A stretch of DNA of 64,000 nt from Chlorokybus atmophyticus (lineage: Eukaryota; Plantae; Mesostigma and Chlorokybus algae): assembly GCA_009103225.1 (NCBI GenBank), contig RHPI01002615.1, positions 70,328 to 134,327 of the forward strand, in the 5' to 3' direction. This document shows, one piece after another, positions 52,730 through 64,000 of this stretch. Under the pieces are notes generated by a model. The model was not told the origin of the DNA. It ran no database searches and saw nothing but the letters and a program-made list of their open reading frames with translations. The translations under genes and the position numbers were made by a program. The number at the start of each line of letters is the position of its first letter. Positions within the stretch are counted from its first letter, which is position 1.

Positions 52730-55700
52730 TCAGCTGGACATCTCTTCCAGCAAGACCTCAAGGAGTTGCGTACACCGTCAGGGTGGCGTGGTCGGTGCGC
52801 ACATGATGTACACGACATTGCCCAAGGGCCTGGCGTAAATTCCCTTTCTGCGCAGCCGCTTAATGATGATGACCGCGGCAGAGGACGATGCGCCGCGTGC
52901 TTCAGAGCAAAGCTCCACCGCAAACACTGTCAACAGACACAGCTGTTTCAGACATATATACAAACATCGCGTTGACAGAAAAGGAGCTTGCGTTTGTGAG
53001 ACAACCTCACCTGTGTCTAGGTACATTACACATTGTACGTTGGGCAGTGATGAAATCCTCTGCGCAAAAGGTGTGTACCACAACTCGCAGCGTGCCACTT
53101 GCGGGATTGTAGTTGGGATTTTTGCGAGGATCCACTTACAGCTTCATTGCTGTGACGGCTGCCTGACAGCCGATAGCATGTGCTGTGTACGAATGGCCGT
53201 GCAACAGCGCATCCAACTTGCTGTCTCCTTGAAAAGCGTTGAACACATCTTCAGTTGCGAGCGCGACTGACAGCGGGACCACTCCACCGGTGAATGATTT
53301 GGCATAGCAGGCGATGTCAGGCCTACAATCCAACAATTCAGCAGCGGATTGCCTGCCCAGCCTCCGCATCCCCGCGAACACCTCATCCAGGATGACGCGC
53401 CTGCGCCTGCGCCGGCACTCCCGCATCAACACGCGTTGAAACAAAGGGTCGATGAGTCCCTTCGCGCCGGCTCCGTGCAAGACAGGCTCCAGGATTAACG
53501 CCCCGATTTGGGAGTCTGTATATAAGCACAGCAGCTATGTACTTATCATACATGGACTTGAGCTGCGAGCTGTCGCGGGTGCTGCCTTCATAGTGTTGCT
53601 TGTTGTGGTGTGAGCATATGTCACAATCTCGCCCGCAGCTGCCAACAAAGACGTCTTCGCAGCGTGTCCAAGGGAGTCGTCCTCGTCTATACCAGCAGCA
53701 CTGGCTGTGGCACGCATTTGCTCCGGCAGCTGTAACCTCCACTCTGCATCTTTGCAATGCACTGTAGGAGGATCAATGAACACTCCTCGGCCTTGATACC
53801 TGATGTTTAGAGTGGCAGTTAACGTTAACAGTGCAACACAAAACAGGGGGGATGAAGTGTTGTGCGTGTTTAACGTGAACATCATCATGTATGCGATGCC
53901 ACTTACCAAGGATGCTGCTTGAAGCCATTGTAAGGTGAGGGTGCTTGTGCATCCATGGCGCCCAACGTGTCCCCGTGGTACGAGCTTGAGCGCCAGCACC
54001 AACAGCTTAGTCTTTGTTTCGTCAACACCATGGTCTGTGCTGTACTTTCTGAAGGCCATCTTCAAGGCCACCTGCACTGAGCAAAAGCTCCATGCATCAG
54101 TTCAATCCAATATGTTGCTTATTTATAGTATAACTACCAGTATACCTCAATTGCTGTAGACCCGTTGTCAGAGAAGAACACGCGATGCGCTCAGCCCCTG
54201 CCAGGGCCTTCTAACGACAGCTCCGTGAGCTCGAGTGCAGGCTCATGCACGTTTTCGGGAAACATGACATGCCCGTACCTTCTGGCTGCATACGCCACAG
54301 CACGCGCCTGCAATTGTGTGATGGACTTTGACAAACAGCGACTCAACAAGACAACAGTGTTTGTCGGTTACGCATACGCACCATATCGGTTTGCACGTTG
54401 GCGCCAACACCTTGCGTCCACCAGCTGGCACAGGCATCGTACAATGGTGACAGCTCAGTATTCCTTTCGAAGCCACCATCAAGGTGGGTGTCTCTGAGCA
54501 CACTGAAGTTGTCTCCATGACGGGAGTCGATGACAGTGACCTGAAACACAATGCAAGTAAGATCAGACACGCACAAGTCTGAGGTCAACCCGCATGCTTG
54601 TATTAGCTCGTGAGTACTGTCCCACCACAGCACAACACCTTTGATGTTGGTACTTGATGTTGTGTGAAAGGCCACCAGATCTGTTGCAATGCATCTGAAC
54701 CGGCTGTAATTAGCCTGTGAACGCGCTGTGCGTGGAACTCCATAAGCGCTGTCACAACTCAGACATGGCTGCCTCGGCACTCATGCATGGATGTCACCAT
54801 CGCTACTGTCGGGTGCGTCCTTGCCAGGCAAGGCTGGAAGTAACACGACTGGAACGTTGTTCGGAACATGTTGGCGTATAGCGTTTTCATTCTGAAGGCC
54901 ACCTGGTGACAAACATAGTCTCAGCATGATCACCAGTGTGCTGCTTAACGCAACAAATACTCACCATCAAGTAGAGCAGCTACGGTGTCGTACCCACGCA
55001 GGGTCAAAGAGTTGAAACCGCTCTGTGTGGTGGAAATGCCACCCAACGCACCGTCTCCGATCACAAGAGCAGGAAGCCTCAAAGGCCTGACATGGGATAA
55101 CACAGACAACATCAGTACACGCGTGCTAATGTTGCGCTATGAGACATCAGATGGGAATGAATATGGCTTAATATGGAATAGTCATACACACAGTGCTGAG
55201 ACAACTTGTTGACAACCTGTAAACCTGTAAACCTCGCTCTGCAACGAACCAGATGGCGCAAGGCTTGCAACACCACCGGCAGTCTCAACCAAGGCCAAGC
55301 TATCACCGCCTGCACATACCCAACCAAACATCATTGCATCGGTGCTGCAGCACACAACCACATGATGGCAAATCAACATGCTGTGTACTTACCTTGTGCA
55401 ATGTGCGGGTGCTTGGCAAACTGCTGCAACCTTTCAGCTATCAAAGCAGCCACTTCGCCATTGCTGACAGCAGGAGCGCCGAATCGCAACACGGCCAAGT
55501 GCGGCCAAATCGGCTCCTCCCAAGCAAAGGCAGTGTGCGTGTCAAGCCTTTCATGCAAACTTGGAGCGTCTGATAGACCACTCAGGGCCAGCTCGAGAAC
55601 CGTGCGCTCGTCGCTGTCTGCCGGGTATCCTGTCTGCACTGGCTTGAGGTACAGCACGTGTCTTTGCGAGCTCGTCTGAAAGGACAGCAAGTTACTCAAA

Positions 55701-56470
55701 CATGAGGTTTGTTGTCGCTGACACAAATTGATGACGCAGACATGGTATGAATGGCACTACGCAGTGACTGAGTGCTTGGCATGCACTTGCAACACAAGTG
55801 TATGGCGTGTTGTTACTGCACTTTGGTTGTTGCAGTTGTTGTTGACGTCTGGAACGAGAAAGGGTTGCTTACTTGCAAAGCTGCGCGCACGAGGCCGGCG
55901 CTGACGAGTGTTTTGCCGACGCCGGTGTTGCTGCCCCACACGCAGAATGATGGCAAAGCCAAGCTCAGGCCTCCTCCTTGGGATGAAGAGGCTGGACTGG
56001 CATCACTGCAGCAGTGCGTATGAATCAGCTGCATGCATTCAGCTGGTAACCTGGAGCGTGCTTGACGAAGCAGCACTCCGCCTCGCAAACTGTTGTGGCA
56101 ATACAATCCGCCACAGTTCAATAAACCAATAAGCTTGCCGGCAGTGCACAATGCACGGACCCTCACAGCGTCACCATGCGACAATGACCAACGACTCCAA
56201 CGACAACAACAACAACAACAACGCAGAGATGTGTGCCACACTGACCTAGAAGCCGTCGAGTGAGAAGCTCTGTCGTGCGCTGCTGTGGCAAGCACAACCA
56301 AGCAGCGCCTAACCACCCCTCTACCCCCCCAACACCTTCCCTGCTGCCTCGTCCACCCCGCCGCCTCTTCTCTGCGACCCCGACCACGATGGCAGGGATG
56401 AAGATGAAGACAACGGCGCGGCCCCCAACCATGACCCCACCGCCACCGCCACCACCGCCGCCGCCTCCAT
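52730..56470 (-). pseudogene. BIO3-BIO1: BIO3-BIO1 copy B, pseudogene
   Basis: Colinear with copy A but has TAG at 56321-56323 in the exon-1 frame, a 7-bp deletion creating TGA at 54781-54783, and frameshifts at ~53985, ~53670 and ~53520. KLLTGG has become KSFTGG, and there is a premature TGA at 52778-52780. Confidence 0.92.
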
Positions 56471-56520
56471 ACCAGCAGTGCTGCCGTGCGTTGCTGCACT
56501 GTGCTGTGCTCTTCAGCAGC

Positions 56521-58935
56521 ATGGGCTGGCGGGCGGTGGCGACGTGCTTGGCGACTTGGGCGTGCATGTACTTGGCATGGACAATACTTCCGCCGCCATC
56601 AAGCAGCAGCAGCAGTACGTGCAGCTTAGCTGCTGCTGAGCACAAGCTGAAACTGTGTGTGCAGTTACGCTCAATGTCACATGCACTTGGCTGTCTAGGG
56701 TTTAAAGCGGCAAGTGAGAACGATGACGGAGTGCAAGGCAACGTCCTCGCATTCGGCCTGTGGTGGTTTGTATGATGATGTTGATATTGTTTGCTTGTTC
56801 TCACTCCTCCCAAGCTGCACGTTGTTAGATTCTTCTGTCTTGTAGTTGACTCGAGCAAGAAAGTTAGCAATCTAGTAAGCAAGTGGCCAACACTACACTT
56901 GTCTTGACACCTTTTTGCCTCATTGCAGGCGCCCTTCTTCAGTGGCTCAGGCTATGGCTCCGAGGCAGTTTCGTTCATATCAGCTCTGCCACAGAGAAAA
57001 GAGCTTCCTCGAGTGAGAATCAGTCAGCATGGAGACGCCCTCAACTTTGAGTACTGGCATGGTCTCCCCACCCAAACCCAGCAGGTGGTGTGTGTATGTC
57101 TGTTTCTGTTGGGTGTGGCACGGTAATGGCTGTGTATGGCTGAGTTACTACCATGCAGGTGTGATTGACAGCTGCCTGCATGCAACACTCATAACACTCA
57201 TCATATGTGAGGGGTTTCCACATTTCTACAGGACAGCGAAGCATAGTGTAGCGCACAGCGCCAACAATTAAGTGTGTACGAGTTTCCATCAACCTCAGAC
57301 ACTCAACTTGTGCCAGATTCTGTCAAGGCACGTTGAAGTGCAGCTTAAGGCTAAGGACAGCATCATCATTTGCCACAGGTAAGACTTGGTGTGCTTGTCT
57401 ACTTGTTTGTTCCCTTGCAGGCACACAGGGTTGCATACTGCAAGCTGTGTGCTTGCGGTGTGCAGTGAACCTGGAGCGTGGGATCCTGCAATGTTTGAGA
57501 CTTCAAGGTGTCCGCCAGCTGGCATGCACGGAAGCCCGTTTGTGATCGGCCGCACAATGTTTGAGACGGACTCCGCGTTGCACATTGATCGCTTAAACAG
57601 GATGGACGCTGTGTGGGTGCCAACGGATTTTCACTTGAGAACCTTTGTCAACGCTGGCGTGCACGCCTCAAAGCTTGTCAAGGTTAGGGTGTGCACTTAT
57701 TGAGTTGGCACGTGTTCTTGAGGAGGTACTTACACACACAGAGACACAATCACGCACACGCGGGCCTGCATGCACACATGCGGATGCGCGCACGTACATG
57801 TGCAACGAGCACACAAACATGTGTGCGAGTGCACTACGAGCATATACACACGCCCATATGCGTGCATATTTGATTGTGTTTCACACTGTTATATGTGCGT
57901 ATCCACATCCGCATGTCTGTGCAAGACATGTGCCAGTACACACAATTGCGGCAACAACTGTCGACTGGTGTGCAGGTGGTTGAGCCAGTGGAGACGGATC
58001 TGTTTAATCCCAACAACGTCTGGCCCATGAGCTTGCCAGTTGGCAGCCTTGTCATCGGTGACCCCATTGACAGTGAGAAGGGTCCTCACACAACACATAC
58101 TTTCTCTTTTCTGAGCGTGTTCAAATGGGAGGAACGCAAAGGCTGGGACGTACTGTTGCATGCCTTCTTGAAAGAGTTCTCATCTCAAGATAATGCTGCG
58201 CTGTACATTCTCACCACTGCTTACCACTCGGATGACCAGTTTGTCAAAGAGGTACACATTGCAACGAGCTGGAGTTAACATTACAACGGCATAGTGTACC
58301 AAGTTGTTGCATGCTTGCAGGTGAAAGACTTTGTCAGTGCTCTACACTTGAACACACGCATGCCGTCGGTGTATTTGATAAAAGAACATGTACCGGGTAC
58401 GGACCTCCCGGCACTGTATAAAGCCATGGACTGCTTTGTGCTTCCATCACGCGGGGAAGGCTGGGGCAGGCAAGTTGTGATATGAAACAACATCTGTGCT
58501 AATCTGATCTATCTACATTAAGCTCAAGCATACAATCGACGATGCAGGCCGAATGTGGAGGCCATGTCGATGGCTTTACCAGTAATTGCAACAAACTGGT
58601 CAGGCATGACGGAGTATATGACAGAAGCCAACTCGTACCCATTGGCTTCCGATAGACTTGTCAAGATCAAGTCCGGACCATTCATGGGACAGCGTTGGGC
58701 GGAGCCGAGCATCGCGCACTTGAGAGAGTTGATGCGTCGCGTGTACGCGCACCGAGTGGAAGCGCGCAGCAAAGGGGTGATTGCGAGACAAGACATGGTG
58801 ACAAAGTACTCGCCCAGTGTTGTTGCGGATAAGGTGATTGATCAATTGCTCAGTGCACAGGAGAGGATTAGAGGGCAAGTTGTTCAATCGCGAACGCGGG
58901 AAGGGCGGCACGCACACAGCTTGGGTGACTTGTAG
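56521..58935 (+). CDS. GT4 / Glycos_transf_1 glycosyltransferase (plant At3g10630-like), copy B, intact; an in-frame upstream ATG at 56389 is possible
   Basis: Signal anchor, then LWWF | APFFSGSGYGSEA, IIICH | SEPGAW, IGRTMFETD, MDAVWVPTDFH, FLSVFKWEERKGWDVLL, FVLPSRGEGWGR | PNVEAMSMALPVIATNWSG. All exons splice in frame. Confidence 0.9.
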
Positions 58936-59608
58936 CAGCTCTTAACGCCTTGGGCTGGTAAGGGTCATGACTTGGTAACATATGTTGATATGCGTTGGCA
59001 TTCTATCCTGGGATTGCAGTGATGCGTGCCTTTACCTTTTGCCCAACATGCATCAGGTGTTGTGAGCCAACGTATGCGCGTTACGTTGCTCATTTTGCCT
59101 GGCCTCCTGCCCTGGTGCTTGCCTGTAAGTGAACATTTTGTCGTTATGTTGGATGTCCAGTGTGCACTGTTGTTGACCAGTGCTTTGCTTTTCACCTTAT
59201 TGTGTATATGCCATGCCGTGATTGTGCTTGCAGGTGTGTGTATATAAAGCTCAAGAGTATTAGTCACATGCTTCGTGTGTGTATAGGCCACAAGCAAGCA
59301 AATGTATGCTGGTATGTTGACTGCGCATTTATACTGTTTAAGCCCGCGGAGTACGTGTTACTCACATCGCACTGAATCCATATGCCTGTTGTGGAACTGT
59401 GTGATAGACCGCCAGTCAAAAAGGCATGGTGGCTTTGGATGTAGCGGCAGCTCACAAGCAGGACAAACACACTGACTGCAGGGCATCAGTCCACCCGTCT
59501 TATGCACTGCATCCATCTGTAAAATCCTAAGCGCACATGCATCTGCAAGGTAAAGTCAAGTCCTGTCCTTTCATGATAGCACCTGCAGCTTTCCATTCTC
59601 AACTCCCT

Positions 59609-61876
59609 TCACCTGCGCCGACACAACGCCATGCCATCTCCAACAGGCACCTGTTGCATAGTCTAAATCAGTCAAACAAGGAGCTGCCGTACTGAGGCAA
59701 AACATACATGCAAACTGTGCCAGCTTGGTTGCATGCCCCACAGCTCGCTGCACATGTTGTCACACAGCACATTACCAGCGTAAAGGATATCCTTTCATCG
59801 ACAAACAGACTGTCGGTCAGCTCACGTATCGCCACAGTGGCCTTATCATCCACCTGTTGACCAAATCATACCATTCATGATTGCAACATGAATTGATGCA
59901 ACACTTACAGAGTAGTAGAGAAACACAATATAAGCAACTCACCTGCAGATCCGCCACTTTGCCATACCAAAAGACATTGTCGATGGCAATGAGGCCGCCG
60001 GGCCTCACCTGGACAAAGGTCACATGGCGAATCATAACCAAAGTATGTTTACACCCTCAAGTGTTATTGTTAGTACTACTGGCCACTCCCGTATACCAGT
60101 TTTAGCAGCAGCTCATAATATAGCCCGTAGTTGCGCTTGTCCGCGTCCACAAAGGCCAAGTCAAAGCTGTGTGATAAAAGTGTTGTACGTAGGTACATGC
60201 ATGTGATGCATGCACAGCAGCCAAGTGAGGCCCAACTTGTTCATAATGTAACCTCACAAGCAAGCAGAGACCGATCACAATCACAGTTCAAAGTGAGCGA
60301 GAGTGTGGGCCACAGCAGAGTTCTTGAGCATCGCGCTCTACCTGTCTGTTTGGCCCTCCTCGACCAACTTGTTGAGTGTTTCTGCGGCCGGTGCAATGCG
60401 CAAGTCCACCTATGCACTGCAGCTCAATCACGAAACCAGAGGCTGTGCGCACAAACACACACAATTGCACTAACAATAAAAGCTTGTGCGAACCTTGTGC
60501 CTAACGCCGGCGTCCTCCCACGCCTTCTCGGCAACCTTCACCACCTTTGCGTCGTTTTCGCACGCAACAAGCAGGCCATCCTAAGCCAACACACGATTGA
60601 GGCAAAGCTTACACAACTTTTAGACAGCTTGACTGCACACATGCACACGCACTGACAGGACGAACTGCACATGCTCTTTAATACACGGGTCTGATGTATA
60701 CGCATGTGAAAGCTTGAGTGCATGCGCATATGCTCATCTATACGCGTGCGTGTGTGAATGCACACAAGCATGTGCATTAACGCGAGCATGCACAAAAGCA
60801 CCTGAGGCAGAGCAAGTGCCACACATGCAGACGAGTAGCCCGTGTAAACGCCGACCTCGATCGCGCGCGTGGCGCCAACAAGCTGCGCCAGCATCGCCAT
60901 CAGCTGCCCCTGCTCTGGCGTCACCTGCAACACATTAACAGTAGTTCAGTTCATCCACACAACAACACTTGCTAAAATCCACTCTCTCAAACCTGCATGC
61001 GTGAGCCGGGCATTGCTGCTGTGGCCTCGCGCAATCGCTTCAGCGCGGGCGGCTCGCGTGTGTGCTTGAGAATGTATTCGTACAGTTGCTCGGTCAATGC
61101 CGTTGTCACCTGCAATGTGTTGTCGTTGTTGTGTACCACTCAAGCACATACCAACAGTTGTTGTGTCTTCCCCTGCCTTGTTTAAGGGGCCGACGTCACT
61201 TTCGGGTGCGGATGATATGGCCGCGCACACACGCGAGGAGGAGGAGAATGGTGTTGAGTGTAGTACAGTTGGTTGTGTGCGGGACTTGGCTTTGTAACGC
61301 AGCACCGCTGCTGCAAAAGGTGAAGGGTTCAATGAGTGGTGTTGAGCTGAACTGTTGTCGTGCATGCGTGTGCGTGTGCGCGTGCGTGCACACCTGTGTG
61401 CGCGTGTTCTTGTTTTGTGCTTCGCCATTCACAAAGGCATCTCATTCACCGTCCATTGGCATTCATGCTTCTGAGCATGAATGCCAATGGACGGTGAATG
61501 TATTGTCATGCGTCTCTCAATTTCTGCTGTACACGCAACAGCATGCATACTTGCAATCACACTCTGTGTTTGTTGCTGCTGCACAGATCGCAACAACAAG
61601 GCCACTTACCTGGCCAAAGCAACAGCAGCAGCAGCATAAAGCCAGGAGCAATGACAAGCAAACAAGCAAGCAGACAAGCAATCCAGCAAGCAAGCGACAT
61701 CACCATATATCAAGCAGTACAACCGACCAACTAACTCCAAAGTCAGTCAAACGCTTGACAACACCAAACTCATCCTGACCTCGCCGCAGACCGCCTCCTT
61801 CACCTCCGCCTCGTCCTCCTCCACCGCTCCATCGTTTGCCAGCTGCCACCACCGCCTCTGCCGCCAACGCAGCCAT
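59609..61876 (-). CDS. Cation-dependent O-methyltransferase (Methyltransf_3, CCoAOMT-like, cyanobacterial/plastid type), multi-exon; start approximate
   Basis: LTEQLYEYIL.HTREP..LKRLRE.T, MQVTPEQGQLMAML, AIEVGVYTGYSS, FDLAFVDADKRNY, VRPGGLIAIDNVFWYGKV, VPVGDGMALCRRR*. Confidence 0.9.
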
Positions 61877-61939
61877 GCCTCATAAACAAGTTGCGGCAGG
61901 TTGCTTTGCAGGTTGTTGGTGTTGTTGCTGTTGGTAATC
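61877..61939. promoter_or_regulatory. 63-bp spacer between the divergent start codons of the OMT and SOUL genes (putative bidirectional promoter / overlapping 5' UTRs)
   Basis: Inferred ATG at 61876 (-) and 61940 (+). Both first exons end at GT donors. Confidence 0.45.
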
Positions 61940-64000
61940 ATGGCGGCGGCGGCGGCGATGTCGGTGTCGGTGTCAGCGGCGGGGTCCCTGAAGTGGTCCG
62001 CCCCACAGCAGACAACGCTGAACGCTCGTCGGCGGGGAGAAGGCGACGTGGCGTCAAGGAGCTTCTCCTCCACCCGGCGTGCTGCCTTGACGCCTGTGCA
62101 GGTGAGGACTGTGCTTTGCATGGTGTTGGTTGAGTGTGTCAGAGGTGGTTAGAAGGTGGTTGAGTGACTGAGCAGTGAAGACGCGGACGGCACATGCATG
62201 TCTTAAACCTGCCCTTCCGAAACAGAAAGGAGGAAGAAGAGTCATCCTAGCGGTTCTTTCATCTCTCTGTATGCTTGCCTGCTTGCCTGTCTCCTCAACT
62301 GATTGACGATTGTTTCTATTTGTTTTAACTTTTGTATTATGCAAACGTGCTTCAGACGCCGATTTTGCCCGTTTGACAGGTCTTTCTTGGCACTCTTGCT
62401 TGCTTAGTTGTCTCACTAGCTTTCTCTCTTTCTTGCTTGCCCTCTTGCAGTTGTTGCAGCTGTTGTCGTTGCCTGTTGTTGTTGTTGTGTTCGTTGCGTG
62501 TTGGCAGCTGAGGTTGGTCTGAGCTTGAGGATAGTAGTAGAGCAGCTGCCTGTTTTGCTGTCAAGCTGCGTTGCGAAGCAACAGGCTCGCAGTTCTTGTG
62601 CTCTGTTACACGCTGTGGGCCTGTTCGCTACGGCCTGAACGTTGTTGGCTGTCCATTGTGAGCATGCTCATGCCTGACATGCTTATGAAAGAGCATGCTC
62701 AAACCATGGCGCTATGCCTTACGCTTGCATGAGAGGCAGAGAGTGCCAGGCTTACGTGATTGACACTGCTTAAGGGTTCCCATGCATGCGTGTGGCTTGC
62801 AACCCTGTCTACACTGGGACCACTACGACTTCGTAATTAACTGCTTCATATACGTCTGACAGCATGCATTTTGTGCAGGCGAGGAGCACGCTGCCAGCTG
62901 AGCCGCGTCTGGGCCTGCTCGTGGCGCTCACCTCCGCCGCCACCCAAAAGCTGCGCGAAGGTGACTGTTGTTGTGTTAGTTTACTGAACACTTGCATGGG
63001 TAGTTTCAAAATCAATTTGTACGCGTGGACGAGCTTGTACGCGGACATGGGCTTGTTATGGATGACATGAACTGGCGTCCATGCATGTGGTCTGTCGACA
63101 TGTGCAATAACACTACACAACGTGCTGTTACACATGCAGGTGCTCAATCCCTTGCTGAAGAAGCTGGCAAGTATGTGCGTCCCGAGGCGCTTGCTTCGCG
63201 CACACCAGATCTTGAGACCATAGCCTACAGCGTAAGCCTCACCAGATATCAACTGTATACCTGCTAGTGCATCTCACCAATGAGCCTCATGCACATGTGA
63301 AAAAGATTATTTCTCATCTCAAATCAGGTGTTGAGGAAGGGAGATGGGTTTGAGCTGCGCGCAGTGGAGTCGTATGTGATTGCTGAGACTCGTACAAGCG
63401 GCCGGCCGTGGGACTTTGGTGCCGCTTCCAACGGCTTCAACACTCTCGCTGCCTACCTCTTTGGCAGGGTCAGACACTTGTACATCTTGCCTTGCTCTAG
63501 CTCAAGTAAGGTGTGGTTGTTGAACGGTTGGTGCCTTTGTTGTGGCAGAATGCGGGGCGTGAGGAGATGGAGATGACCACACCCGTCCTGCAGCGGCGAG
63601 GCGGTAGCATGGGCGAAAGTATGGATATGACAACACCGGTCATATCTCAGCGTGGGGTACGCTCTGTTGTGTTGTATACACGCACATCACGCATGACGTG
63701 CGTGCGTAGCAGAGCATGAGCCCCTTTCTGCATGCATGCTGTGCAGGTTTCAGCATGCATGCTGTGCAGGTTTCATAATGCATGCACACTGGCATGTAGG
63801 TGTGTGTGGGTGAGTGTGTGTGCACCTGCGCGCGCACCAACCATAGGCGAGTGTACAGCTATTCTACCGCATACGCTCATGTTCTTATATGCGCAGAAGG
63901 AGGGCGATGATGGCAGATGGCAGATGGCCTTTGTTCTGCCACTGAAGTACTCAAGCGAGTCCAACCCGCCTCCGCGGCCGCTTCCCGGCCAAGACGTGAG
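61940..64000 (+). CDS. SOUL heme-binding family protein (plastid type), truncated by the window end
   Basis: Transit-like MAAAAAMSVSVS...TPVQ | ARS, DLETIAYSVL, FELRAVESYVIAET, GFNTLAAYLFG.N, MEMTTPV twice, WQMAFVLPLKY. Confidence 0.9.

Noticed and set aside
59609-61876. O-methyltransferase as a BioC-like enzyme of a biotin cluster
   Set aside because: Its motifs are those of the Methyltransf_3/CCoAOMT family, not BioC. It was retained in the copy where BIO3-BIO1 died, which argues against coupling.

Overview
Eukaryotic, intron-rich DNA from a green-lineage organism, probably a green alga. This is inferred from plant-type gene orthologues, GT-AG introns and a half-tRNA copia PBS; the species cannot be called. 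Two single-N assembly joins lie at 33121 and 52022. Bases 1-12 kb are a nested transposon cluster: a decayed, intron-containing Plavaka-type DDE transposase (+) converges on a decayed Tudor + phage-like C5 DNA-methyltransferase gene (-). That gene is interrupted by an inverted Plavaka fragment, and a 2.8-kb gag-protease-only copia LTR element (5-bp TSD) sits just 5' of its recognisable part, probably in one of its introns. Bases 15-43.5 kb hold ordinary genes: a METTL21-like methyltransferase, a tRNA-binding OB protein, biotin synthase BIO2, BLTP3/UHRF1BP1-like, UBC4-type E2 and ABCI21-like, plus a Penelope-like RT fragment. Bases 43.6-61 kb are an old ~8.6-kb tandem duplication with reciprocal gene loss. 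Copy A keeps BIO3-BIO1 and has lost the GT4 glycosyltransferase and the O-methyltransferase; copy B keeps those two and has a dead BIO3-BIO1. A SOUL heme-binding gene runs off the right end. Family assignments come from motif recognition by eye, with no database searches, and exon boundaries are manual.
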